DNA from: Chiloscyllium plagiosum
Lineage: Eukaryota
Length of the DNA: 64,000 nt
Assembly (NCBI RefSeq): GCF_004010195.1
Contig: NC_057752.1
Span: forward strand, 826,123-890,122
Direction: 5' to 3'
The notes beneath the pieces were generated by a model that was not told the origin of the DNA, did not search any database, and was given only the letters and a program-made list of their open reading frames with translations. How positions within the stretch are numbered: position 1 is the stretch's first letter; every line of letters starts with the position of its first letter. A program made the translations under genes and the position numbers. Shown in pieces: positions 14,329 through 27,057 of the stretch.

Positions 14329-14503
14329 AAATTTCACCCCTCTAGACACACTAACACAGTTACTGCTAGTCTCCTGTACAGCCACATTGTGAGTAGGCAC
14401 TTCAAGGCTTAAATACAACTTTGTCCACAAAATTGTTGAATTCTTGCTGTTTTAATCACTGGTCATAATTGCCAAGATATCACTATGACTTGTCCTGTTG
14501 TAG

Positions 14504-14759
14504 GGAAGAAAGGGAGAACTGGATCAGAGCAAAGTATGAGCAGAAATTGTTTCTTGCATCCTTGAAATACCGCGACATTCCCATTGGAAAGCAGCTGTTT
14601 CGAGCTGTTATGGAGAAGGACCTTCACAGTATTTTACTACTGCTTGCTCATGCCAAAAAGGAGCACATCAATGAATGGACTGAAGATAAAGACAAACGGA
14701 CAGCTCTGCATCTCGCCTGTGAACGAAAGGATGTAGTAGTGACACAGCTTCTTGTCTGG
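14504..14759 (+). CDS. AGAP2: AGAP2 exon, ArfGAP end and ankyrin repeat (REERENWIRAKYEQ...RTALHLACERKDVVVTQLLVW)
   Basis: gttgtag| acceptor, TGG|gtaggt donor, phase 2 to 0. WIRAKY and TALHLA motifs. Confidence 0.96.
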
Positions 14760-15868
14760 GTAGGTGTTATTCAGCTGGCACAGATCTTGTTCCTCCGTGT
14801 TGGTTCTGTTCCACTCTAATTTGCTGTGCTTTCCATTGTCCTATCCCTGCCGAAAAGGTTTCATGTTCATGTCATCAAGCTAACAGTTTCTAATGCTAAT
14901 TTACCTGGGAGGGTAAAATTGATCAATTTTCAGTTGTGTTTACTTATTGTAGAAATGAGATGAATAATCCTTCCTGTCCTTTAATTTAGCTTGCTGTGGA
15001 CAAGCCATTCATAATGGACATTGTCTCCAACCTAGACTTGTACCATCCTTGCCAGTCCAACCTGTCACCTCATCTCCAACTTCAAGTCATTTACAAAAAT
15101 GTGGCCTAAGGCCTATCAGAAGAGCAAAGCTGGAAGGCAGTAGGACATGCTGACCCAAAGTCAACATTTCTGTTTTAGTAGTCAATTAATGGCATGTAAT
15201 CAAACTGAGATTTGTCAGGTCACTGGGTTATAATCTATAAGCCCCCTTCTCAACAGCACTATGGGTGTCCCCTGTTATGGACTAGGCCAGACCACTCAAA
15301 AACATTCTTGAGCAGGCAACCCAGACTATAACTTTGCAATTTGTTTTGGTAAGTGTACAGTGAAAATTACCCAGAGTAAGCTAGCTAGGTTGACGACTAT
15401 GTTTTAAAACAGACATTTTTTTTTTCACAAAATGATACAATGAAACACAAAGAACAGAATAAAGAACCCCTACAGAACTCAGTCTATCCAAACGAGACTT
15501 AATTATACTGTTCTGAATATACACAAAAGTCCCAATAAGCAAACCCCCTTAAAAACCAGTATACATGGAACAGATGCTTACAGGTTGAAGTTAGAAGGGC
15601 AGAAGGAGAGAGAGAGATTTTCCACACAGCTCACTGTTGATCTCCCAACTAGTTCTGGACTGAACTGAACTGCTAGAAAGCTGACCACTCCCCTTTCATT
15701 ATACGGGTCACTTCTAAAACATGACCACTTTGGCCTGAAGTCTCATCTGTTTACATATAAACAAAAGGCCTCTCAAAATTATTTTCCTCTCTGTACCAAA
15801 CCAGACTGATCGGTGCCCAGTCTGGTTTATTACCCCTCTGAAAAACAAATCAAGGACACAGTATCCTT

Positions 15869-16313
15869 TTTTTTAATACAGTGTGGAAACAGGCCCTTTG
15901 GCCCAACAAGTCCACACCGGCCCTCCGAAGAGCAACCCACCCAGACCCATTCCCCTACATTTTACCTCTGACTAATGCACCTAATACTACGGGCAATTTA
16001 GCATGGCCAATTCACCTAACATGCACATCTTTGGACTGTGGGAGGAAATTTTCGAGGAGAAAGTGAGGACTGCAGACGCTGGAGATCAGAGCTGAAAATG
16101 TTTTGCTGGAAAAGGGCAGCAGGTCAGGCAGCATCCAAGGAGCAGGAGAATCGATGTTTCGGGCACGAGCCCTTCTTCAGGAATCAATTGTGGGAGGAAA
16201 CCCACTCAGACACGGGGAGAATGTGCAAACTCCACACAGACAGTTGCTCAAGACGGAATTGAACCTGGGTCCCTGACCCGGTGAGGCAGCAGTGCTAACC
16301 ACTGAGCTGCCCC
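15869..16313 (-). mobile_element. HE1-type tRNA-derived SINE (3' half of a 5S-HE1 chimera)
   Basis: Minus strand reads CAGTGGTTAGCACTGCTGCCTCAC (A box) and GGTTCAATTCC (B box), with tail GGCCTGTTTCCACACTGTA plus an A-run. Confidence 0.88.
16049..16188 (-). mobile_element. Short Penelope-like terminal repeat (family B) with hammerhead motif, inserted into the HE1 SINE
   Basis: 12-bp TSD TGTGGGAGGAAA at 16037-16048 and 16189-16200. Minus strand reads TC-CTGAAGA-A-GGGC-TCGT-GCCC-GAAAC-ATC-GA. Confidence 0.8.
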
Positions 16314-16318
16314 TTTTT

Positions 16319-16428
16319 AAAGCCTACTGCACCTGGTATTCCCAGGTAGTCTCCCATCCAAGTACTAACCAGGCCTGAGTCTGCTTAGCTTCCAAGATCA
16401 GACATTTTCAGATTAGTATGGCCATAGG
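16319..16428 (-). pseudogene. 5S rRNA-derived sequence (pseudogene or SINE3-like head)
   Basis: Plus strand AAGCCTACTGCACCTGGTATTCCCAGGTAGTCTCCCATCCAAGTACTAACCAGGCC...CTGCTTAGCTTCCAAGATCAGAC...GTATGGCCATAGG is the reverse complement of vertebrate 5S rRNA, with substitutions and a ~11-nt deletion. Confidence 0.92.
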
Positions 16429-17329
16429 TATCCTTGAGAAAAGGAACAGCTTTTAGGAAAAAAGGGACCAGCTTTGTGACACCCTGCACCACACAGACAG
16501 CAGCAGTCCAAGAAGGCAGCTCACCATCACCTTCTCAAGGGGTAACTAGGGATGGGGAATAAATGCTGGCTCAACCAGCGACTCCTATTAGTGAATTTAA
16601 AACAAAATCTTTTCATTTCTGCATTATAAAAACAGAATTTCTAATGAGTTTCTAATACAAGTTTGCCTCTATTTTCCAGTTTCTGTGAATTATTGGTCTG
16701 TTATATTGAACTGTATGATTTACTGATTAGCTTATTTTGTATAATTTGGTGGCCTGCATTCATATCACTCTACTGCAGAAACATCCAAATGCGCGTCACA
16801 TAATGAATTACTTTGAACGCCAACAACAGTTGTTATGCTTGCAAATATAGTGGTTGTTCTGAGCACAGCAAGTTGCCATAAGCAGAAATGAGACTGACAG
16901 CCAACTGTTCATAGTTTTAATGGAAGGAGGATTGTTGGCCAGCTCACGTAGAGAATATGCCTTGCTTTTCTTCAACTTCTTTCATAGGAAATTTAACATT
17001 AATTTTGACCACTGGAACTGGTTGACAAGACGTCAGTTTAACATCTAAACTGCAGAATGGCACTGCTGACAACACAGTACCTCCTGAGTGCTGCAGTGGT
17101 AATTAGCCACAATGTAAGAGGGAAATAGAAGTATAATTAGAAAAGATGTAGCCACTGACTGTTGGAATAGACGCATATTCTTGCAGCTGTATCCCATATG
17201 CTCCACTTAACAGACAATGATCAGAAAAAGAGTTCAATGTGTGAACAGCAGGACATTCTTCAAGTGTAAACAACAGGGATACTAGAGTAACCAATGAATA
17301 CATTAAATAAGATACAATAGTGATAGCAG

Positions 17330-20300
17330 GATATGTGATGTGTTGCTGCTGAAGATGTGGTAGCTGTTGGACACTAAGGTGATCCAGGGTGAACACGTCT
17401 GTAGTAAGTACTTGCAGTTCAAGAAACCTCCAATCCAAGTTGAGCAGTTGGAGTCCAAGCTGAAGGCATTGTGTCACATCAGAGAGAGAGGTTACCTGAC
17501 ACTTTGTTTCAGGATGTAGTCCTATCCCTTGCATTAGATAATAAAAATATAGTCTATGAGAGGCCTTAAAATTGGGAATGGGAATATAAGTAGTGGTAAA
17601 GGGCAATACAATTAAGGGGATAGATACTGTTCTCTGCTGCAGTGAGTGTGAGTCCCAAAGGCTGTGTTGCCAGGGTTAAAGACATCCCCCTGGGGCTGGA
17701 AAGGAACTCAGAGTGGGAGGGGAGGAATTGTCATTATCCACAATAAGTAGCAATAATATTGATAGAACTAGAAAGGAGGATTTGCAGAAAACATTTGAAC
17801 AGTTGGGAACTGAATTTAAAAAGCAGTTTCCATGGTAATAATTTCAGGATTACTATCTAAGCCATGAGAAAACTTACATAGGATAAATAAAGTCAAAGAG
17901 TTAAATGCGTGGCTTAAAGATTGATGTGGGAAAAATGAGTTTCATTTCATGGCACAATGGCTCTAGCACTGGGGTAGAAGGAGTTGTTTCAGTGAGATGG
18001 GCTTCACTTGAACGAGGCTGGGAGCAGGGTCCTAAAGGACTTTAACCTAAATAGAGTGGGGTAGAGTTCTGGAGAGGGGATAATGGACGTAAAAAGCAAA
18101 TGGATATGGCAAAATTGTAGGCGACTAGATGGGTAATGATACCCAAAGTGCAACAGGAAGGGCAGAGTGTACAAGCAATAAAAATGCAGCATATAGGGAC
18201 AAAAGTGAAAGAAAAATGGTAAAAAGGGCGAAATTAATGACTCTTTACTTAAACGCATGTAGTATTTGGAACACAATAAATGAATTAATGGTTCAACTAG
18301 AGGTTAATGGGTATGATCCTATAGTCATTATGGAGACATGGTTACAAGGAGATCAAACCTAGGAACTAAATATGCAGGATATGTGACTTTTGAAAGGATA
18401 GGTAAGAAGGACAAAGTGGTAGGGTAGCTTTGTCAGTACAAGATGGAAAACGTATAATAGCAGGAAATGATCTTGGATCAGTAGATGGTAGAATCCATGT
18501 GGGTGGAGGTAAGGAATAATGAGGAGAAGAAGACCCTGGTGGAAGTAGTTTGTATGCCCCCTAACAACAGCTGTTGTGTAGGATAGAGAATAAATCAGGA
18601 GATAATAAGCACACATAAAAGAAGGAGTATATTAACCATGGGTGACTCTAATTTCTTTGCAAATTTGATTTTTCTAATATACACTGTGTATTTGGGATAG
18701 TTTCATCGGACAGTATGTTGCAGAACCAACCAGAGATTGGTTGTTTTGGGTCTGGTATTTATAATGAGGCAAGTTTAATAAATGATCACAAAGTAAGAGA
18801 GCACAGAGGAAACGGTGACCATAACATGTTAGAATTTAGCATTCTGTCAGAGAGTGAGAAACTTAGGTTGGAACCAAATGTGCTAAACATAAATAATGAT
18901 AGTTACAAATCATTGAGGATATAGTTGCCTGAAGTGGACTAGGAAAAGCGTTCAACAGAAAAGATGGTTAATGAACAATGGAAGACATTTAAGAAAATAG
19001 TTAATTACTCACAACAAAGATATATCTCCATGAGAAGAATGATTCTAGAAAAGGGATAAACATCCATAGTTAACCATGGAAGTTAAAGGTAACATAAAAT
19101 CAAAAGAAACAACATATAGTGTGCCAAAGATTAGAGATAAACCAGAGGAACGGGGTAAGTTTTGAAAGCCAACAAAGGATGACCAGAAAATAAACTGAGA
19201 TAAAAGGGAACGAGTAGATGTGATATTTCCAAAAGCCATTTGATAAAGTACTGCACATAAGGCTATTTAGTAAAGTAAGAGCCTATGATATTGGGGGTGG
19301 TATATTAACGTGGATAGAGGATTGACTGACTATAAGAATACACAGTTGGGATAAGGGGGGCATTTTCAGGATGGCAACCCATAACGAGTGGAGTGCCACA
19401 GGGATCAGTGCTGAGGCCACAGTTATTTATAATATGTTAATAACCTGGATCATGGAAGTGAATGTACCGTAGCCAAAGTTTGTGAGTGACACAAAAAAAC
19501 TGGGAAGGCAAGTAGTGAGGATAGCGTTGAGTCTACAGAGATGCATAGACAGATTAAGTGGGCAAAAACTTCGCAGATGGAATGGAATGTGGAAAAATAA
19601 AAGGTTATGCATTTTGGCAGAAATAAAAGAGCTGAATATTATTTAAATGGGAAAAGACTGCAGAAATCTACAGGAAAGGGGGAATTTGAAGGTCTTCATG
19701 CATGCATCATGAAAAGCTAGCGTTCAAGTTCAGCAGGTAATAGAGAAGGCAAATGCAATGTTGGCCTTTAGTTTAAAAATAATGGAGTATAAAAGGACAG
19801 ATGTCTTGCTGAAACTATACAATGCACTAGTCAGACCACAACTGGACTACTGTTCTCACTTTGGTCCCCTTATCTAAGATGGCATGGTGGCACAGTGGTT
19901 AGCACTGCTGCCTCACAGCGCCAGAGACCCAGGTTCAATTCCTGCCTCGGGCCACTGTCTGCGTGGGTTTCCTCCGGGTGCTCCAGTTTCCTCCTACAGT
20001 CCAAAGGTGTGCAGGTTAGGTGAATTGGCCATGCTAAATTTCCCATAGTGTTAGGTGAAGGGGTAAATGTAGGGGAATGGGTCTGGGTGGGTTGCTCTTC
20101 GGAGGGTCGGTGTGGACTTGTTGGGCCAAAGGGCCTGTTTCCACACTGTAAGTAATCTCATCTAATCATAAGATATTTTTGGATTGGAGGCAGATCAGAG
20201 AAGGATCCCAAAGTTGATCTTGAGTATGGAGGAATTTTCATAATGGGGAGAGGTTGAGTAGATTGGGCCTGTACTGACTGGAGTTCAGAAGAATGAGTGC

Positions 20301-20655
20301 AAACCTTATCAAAATATACAAGATTCTTGGGGGACTTGACAGGGTAGATAGGAGAGGTTGATTCCCTTTGTTGGCAAGACTATGACTGGAAGGAATAAAC
20401 TTAGATTAAAGGATTGCCAATTTAAGGTAGATGAGGAAGAGTTTCTTCTCTCACAGGGTAGTGAATTTGTTGAATTCTTTACTGGACAGGGCTATTGAGG
20501 CTGAGTCATTAAATATGTTCAAGGCTGAGAGACATTTTTTAATCAGCAAGGGAATCAAAGGGTTAAAGGGAGCAGGCAGGAAAGTGGATTTGAGGATGAT
20601 CAGATCAGCCATGATCTCATTGACTAGGCTAAATGGCCTACTTCTGATCCTATGG
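17330..20655 (+). mobile_element. Long decayed CR1-type LINE (ORF1 remnant, APE endonuclease, RT, 3' tail)
   Basis: Endonuclease start LYLNACSIWNTINEL...GYDPIVIMETWL (18240-18345). RT segment GVPQGSVLRPQLF (~19390-19430). C-terminal MRKSFFSHRVVNLLNSL and CR1 tail. Confidence 0.85.
19881..20168 (+). mobile_element. HE1-type SINE inserted in CR1
   Basis: GGCATGGTGGCACAGTGGTTAGCACTGCTGCCTCACAGCGCCAGAGACCCAGGTTCAATTCC head and TAATC-type tail. TAAGAT on both sides (19875-19880, 20169-20174). Confidence 0.88.
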
Positions 20656-21799
20656 CAGGAGAAATTCACTTCCATTTAATGAAATAACTTAAATATTTTT
20701 AACATGCTTTGTGGCAGCTGTATTACATCACACTTGCTGTTGGGATTAGCTATGACAGGATCTAATTGTCAACTACTTTGATACAAAATTAAAGGACTGC
20801 AGAGTGATTTGCTCAATGCACTTTGGTAGAATAGGCTGCGCAACTTCAAATTACTTCTGGTTCAACTGAAATTTAAATGCTTTATTGGACACTTAGCAAG
20901 ATGTTTTCAGTGGACAAAATTAGAAATTGGAGTCTTTGCATGATTCACCTATAATAGCACTCTTAAAATCATTCCTCTCAGTGATTAAAGGGTGGGCAAC
21001 TCCTCAGAGGAACAGGAATTTTTTTTTCTGATCTCACGCATCTCTCAATGTAAAGTACAAGCTCCTCAAGAATCATAACACTGAAGGAGGTCATTCAGCC
21101 CGTTTTTTCCTGTGCTGCTTCTTTGAAAGTTCTCTACTCTTTTCCTATAAATTTTTCCTCTTCTGGATTTCATCTGATTCCCTTTTGAAAATTATGATTG
21201 AATCTGATTACTTTCAGATCCTCTTAACTCACTGCATAGAAAATATCCTCATTTCTTTGCTGGATTTTTCAGTTATGTTAAATCCGTGCCCCCGGTTATT
21301 GATCCCTCTGTCAATGGAAATGGTTTCCTGTGCAGAGTATCATGGCACATGGGTGAATGCTCAAATAAACTTACCCAGTATAGATTGCTGTCCATCAAGG
21401 GCACAATTTACCCTCATGTTCCTGATCTTGGTGAAATCAGAAAAGGGAGGCATCCAGTGGGGAAGGGTCCTTCAACCAGAGAGAGATAAAGCTCTTGTTC
21501 GATCTCATCTAGTGCTTTGACATTAAGTGCAGCCAATGGAAGGAGGTGCAATTATTTTCTCCATCACCTAACATATTTTGTAATGTGAACAAACCCAGCT
21601 GCTTTATCTCAAGAGTGCTGTCAACCATGGAAAATGTGGGTCTGTAATTCTGTTGTCTGTATAAAGCAATGACTTTTAGTAATGTAAATGATAGGGAACC
21701 AGGTCCTACACATGCGCTGTCTGAGAAGCTACATAAAACCTGAGGACCAGGTACATTTCCTGGCTCCTCATTCAGGAACTAAAGGCCACACTTCCCCAG

Positions 21800-22047
21800 T
21801 GTGGTGCTAATATAAAAGTGCACAGTGAAATAACTCCACACAGGTAGGTATCCTGTCACCAAGTCACCCTTTATTCACACGCGGAGAGTCCTTGACACTA
21901 ATCCAGCTCTCTCAGAGTGAACAGGATGTCTGACACTCCTGTTTATATCTGTCAGCCAGGGCTCCATAATTGGACCAGGTTAACACCCCAGTCAGGGACC
22001 CCATATTCTATGAGGTCCTCTTGGCTGACCTTATTACAATCACTGCA
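21800..22047 (-). mobile_element. Probable solo LTR
   Basis: TGTGGTG...CACTGCA imperfect inverted termini. On the minus strand a TATA-like GATATAAAC (~21941-21949) precedes AATAAA (~21870-21875). No clear TSD. Confidence 0.5.
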
Positions 22048-22177
22048 CATAGTATGATCAACTGAAGTTTGACTGTTCATCTTAATGGAGGAAACATGGG
22101 ATTTGTTGCAGGAGCTTAATTTTGGATGATGAACAAGTGAAAGGGTGCATTTGAGAACAAAAGGGGAAATTGTATAA

Positions 22178-22405
<228 letters not shown>

Positions 22406-25400
22406 ACCGAAGCTTTTGAAGCACTGTGTATCCACACCTTTTTCATTCTCAAAGGGCAGCTACTGCAGCCTCCAGGCTTTCCCACCCTTACCAACTCCCA
22501 TCTCATTCTGATGCAGAATTTGGTGACCAGGAGGTGCAATTCTTGGAAAGCACATACTAATTTACCACAGTTGATTATATCAATTGTCCCAAAGCCTTCT
22601 GACCAAGAGATTGAAACTGCTGTTCTTCAATGTAAGAGCTGTTTGATGTTTTAAAGCCCATTTCCTGGACAGTTCACCCCAGGTCGTATTTAAAGTGTCG
22701 AGCGCCATGTGACTTGCAGGACAGCACTGTCAGTATCGGAATATGGGGTAGATTAAGGTTTCTGTTCGATCTACTGATTTACAATTCTTAGAAAGAATTG
22801 AAGGTTGTTTACAGAAAGCATAACTGTGATGTGCTGGAGTCATGAATCTGCAGTAAGTTATAGACCCCAATTTTCAGCTCCAAATGTTTTATATTTGACA
22901 TAATGAAAATGTTGTCAGTTTTATTTTCCAACTGTTTAAATGGTGGTCCTATGAGTACTGATTGTTCCTTTTATTCCCCCAGATGTGCACTTGTATTTAA
23001 ATTTGTAAAGGGAATTTGTGCGTAATATCAGATATTACAGTATTTAGAGAAATGTGAAGACCTACAGAACATTCTTTCATGCGATCCTCTGAAGTTCCAA
23101 ACAAGAAATAGTTGGATACAATTCTTATTTTGGGGAATGAGAAAGTAGTCACTGGAGCGGCAGATATCTCAATTGTCAACTGTAAAAGGTTCCATTTACA
23201 TTCTTTTGGCAATGAAGCTTCATTCGTGCTGTATTGTGCACAAAAACCTTTAACCTTACATAACCACACCATATTCTGCCATAATAGCATGAAGCCAACA
23301 ACCTGCAATGGCTTACCCGCAGTTTTATTTGAAGCTGGACCTCTAATTTTGGTACAATGCACTGTTGAACAAAAACAATTTTTTTAAAAAAGAGGCTTGT
23401 GCTGAAATAAAGCACCATGGTTGCAAATGAAAGAAAATTCTGCAGCTCAAATAATCCTGCTGTTACAACCAAAGGAGCACTGTCTGACAGGAAGGTAATG
23501 AAAGGAGATAGAAGCAAAGGGTGGGGGGTTGGCAAATAAGTGAAATAAAGTGTTTTTAGAAAGCTTTTTTTTTTAAAATAGATGACTAATGTGTAGTCCC
23601 ATGAAATCAACTGCTGCTTGGAGACCAGACGCTTCACCACAGGGAATATTACATCAGGAATCATTACCAGGCACTTGAGCAAACTGCCTAATGGCAGATT
23701 TCAGAGTGGCATTGGCAGGTGGTTCACACGTCTCAGTGAAAGTGCATGGAATGCAAGGCTAGAAGGGATAAGAGAAAATTGAGAATTTAAATTCAAAAGA
23801 AAAAAATTATCCTTGTAAGGTGCTGCAACTTCAGTACAATGTACAATTCCTAGTTATCTTGATAATGCCTCTTCAGTCTTATTACACTGTCAGTGCACAA
23901 GCTTTTAGCTGCCAAATTACTAGGTCATAGTAATTTAGTAGTTAGACACTGCTAGAATGGTGGGAGAGCTTACTGTATCTATAAGGTCTAAGTCAATGTC
24001 TCAAGACTTTGTTTTTGATTCTGAAATATAGGGAAAGAGCCAATAATCACAATGCATGAGACTTCCCAGATTGAAACAAATGGGATAGGAGACTGGATAA
24101 GATAAGAAATAGGATTTGGATTATATCAAACTTGGATTTTAAAGATTGTAGGAGAAATTTGCGGTGGTGAGCTTTGAGGTCTCACGTCACCTACCATACT
24201 TTCTATACCGTAACCGAATGACTGGGCCATTGAGATCTTCTGCATTAATGCTTGCATGCTTTTTGATGGAAAAAAATATATTCCCATAGATTGTCAATCA
24301 CTGCTTCAACAGATGAGACAAGCCATTTTGTCCAAGCACCTAGCAGTTAAAATTGAACCACTGTTTTAGCCACACGTGGTAAAATCAAAGAGAATGTAAA
24401 CATATGCAAAATGCAGGCTGTGTTTACTTGATTTGCTTGGTAGTTTATCTTTGAGCAAAAAGATTGTAGGTTCAGATCGTTCGTTCTCGATTAACATCAC
24501 AATGCAGTACTGACGGAGTGCTGCATTACCAGCTAAGACTTCAAATGAAATTGAGATTGTCTCTTCTGGTGGCACAGGTGAACATGAAAGATTCAATAGC
24601 ACAGTTTGTCTGGTCAATGGCATCTCCCCCTGCTCACCCCAACAAACCACCACCAAAAACAGATTAACTGCTCTACGATTTATATGCTGCTTCTGCAATT
24701 TTGCTGTGCGCAAATTGGCTGCTGCATTTGCCTCCATAGCAACAAGCATTGCATTTCAATAATTTTGAATATGAGTGCTTTGGAGCAGTTTCTGGGAGCT
24801 GTGATAAGGCGCAAAATAAGTGCAAGTATTTTTAACGCAAAGTTCATATCACGCTTGGGGCAGAGGGAAGGAGTAAGCTAATATTTACAATATCAAATCT
24901 GAAACTCACCTGACAGTAGGCACTTGTCTAGTTATTAATATGGCTCATACTCTTGATGTTTCACAAAGAGTCAGAGTGTAAGAGTAATGAAATAAAAATA
25001 GAGTGCTAGAGAAACCCAAATATCTGCTAGCATATGTGGAGAGAGAAACAAAGTTAATGCTTCAAGTCTGATATTCCTCTTCCTCAGAACCCGAAGATAG
25101 GTCCTTGATTTTCTCTCCACAGATGCTGCCAGACTTGTTGAGTTTCTCCAGCACATTCTATTTTTATTTTAGACCTCTAGCATTCTCAATACTTTGCTTT
25201 TATGTGACAGTAATGAATTCTATGTATATAGAGTGCTACACACTGTAGTAGTACTGTTCTCGCAAATATTCTGGGGAACAATTTCCTCCATGTGTCATAT
25301 CTAGCAAAATTATAAACACATTATTTGCAACTTTGCTATGTATAACACCTAGGGTAATTTCCCCATTATTAAGCCACTGTTAGCTTTTAGTACTTCTTGT

Positions 25401-27057
25401 ATTGCTCACTTTAAATAGACAATCTGCTTTTACATTTTAGTGGAAAAGAAATCCAAACAGATGTTCTGTTTCCTTCTAGCTTAATGGTACAAGTTGTCAA
25501 TGTGTGAAAATTGTGTCGAAGTTGATTACCTTTAAATGGAGATTGCCCTTGGTGACTGTTTTGATCAGTTTCAGTCATTCACTGTTTTAATTACTTTTCA
25601 GCGTTTATACCCTTTAGTCCCCTCTGTATCTGTGACTATTTTACTGTCTAATAAACTCATCACAACTTTAATGAACAGAACCATTTTTAAAATTTTCTGT
25701 TGTGCTCCTTTCTCTCCCAAAGGCACTGCCTGGCCTTTGCTGGGATAAAGTTTTTTGCTGGTTCTGATCCTCCAATATCTCTCCCTGGCAGAGGTATCAT
25801 GTGCTAGCCTACACTGGTGGCGTCAAAACTGAGCTTCTTCCTGCCTCCAAGCAAATCCCACACCTACACATTTCCCAGCAAAAGTCACTGTACAGCAAGA
25901 AGAAACAGGAATCCACACTAATTTTGTCTCTTTTACTGCCTTGCCCGAAAGCAGAGTTCAACTTTTTTGTTGTGTTGCCTATTCCTCCTCTGTCTGGAGT
26001 CAGCAAACTCAGCACGGACTGTGTGTCCTGGAACCAAGTGTGTGTTTCAAACATTAGGTCACAACTTTGTGATGAAAGAACTGTTTCCCTTCCCAAGTTG
26101 AAATTGTTTTCAAGCTGATTTTAGGATGCAATTTAAAATGTTTTTACTCCTCTGAAACATTCAGTTTTGTTAAATTAGAAGTGTCTGCTTATTGTTGCTT
26201 TGGTTCTTATAAAAATAGCTTTTTAACTAATGGTTTACAAAAAAAGGGGGGGAAATAGCTGATTTTAAATTAAACTGCATATCCACAAATTTTCATGGCA
26301 TTTCCTGTCTCCCCTCCACTAAAGTGGTCACTAATTTAAAATGTACAAAAGCATTTTATCTGTTCATCAGAAGTCTGCAAGATGAACCAATATAACCTCT
26401 GTATTACAGTAAAAGCCAAAATTACTCTGAAGGATTTTGTGTATTTGCTGTGCCAGAATTAAACAAAATGTGCTCTGCATGCCCACATTGCATGAGATTT
26501 GTGGCAATTGTATGTCACTAATCAAGTACTGACTATAGCTGACTTAGAATAACATGAGCACAGCAGACTAAAGTTACGCTGCTGTGAAGCCAGTTGTATA
26601 TGACCAGGCAAAACTAACTTTTGCTAGCTTCTAATTGCCAATTTTAATACTTTCAGTGGCAACAAAGAACTAATCAGCTGTCCACTAGCCTTAAAATCAT
26701 AAAACATTAATTGTAAAAGTTTCTAGGTAGTCATTATGTCCACTTAAAGAGCTTTATATGGTTACTTTCATGCTGGAACACAGATGGCTCAGAGCAGGAG
26801 GAAGTCATTCAGCCTGTTGAGGTTGTTCCACCATTTAAAGAGATCATAGTTGATTTGACCCTCAATTCTATTTTTCTGTCTCTGTTCCATATCCCTTGAT
26901 GCCTGATCTAAAAAAAAAATCCAGTAGTCTCACTCTTTAAAATTTTACTTCACCCGAGGCTTTTGGAAGACAGAGGGCTAGATTTTTATTATCCTGGGTT
27001 TGTGGAAAATTGCTTTCTGATTTCACCCCTAAATATCCTAGCTCTAATTTTAACACT

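Larger units (their letters stand above)
15273..16481. mobile_element. Solo LTR-like element (TG...CA) carrying nested insertions
   Basis: Starts TGTTATGG and ends TGTGACA, flanked by CCCC/CCCT. It interrupts a LINE 3'-tail sequence (15250-15272 joins 16482-16585) that is seen uninterrupted near 53960-54090. Confidence 0.65.

Noticed and set aside
16319..16428. Functional 5S rRNA gene
   Set aside because: It has an internal deletion and substitutions, lacks a T-run terminator, is not in a tandem array, and is fused to a SINE inside a TSD.
19881..19955. tRNA genes at SINE heads (also 35974, 59768 and others)
   Set aside because: A and B boxes are present, but they run into SINE bodies and tails, and I could not build complete cloverleafs.
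22997..26118. Several 60-170 aa ORFs downstream of AGAP2
   Set aside because: They have no recognisable domains or splice-consistent structure and are probably 3' UTR, intergenic or SINE sequence.
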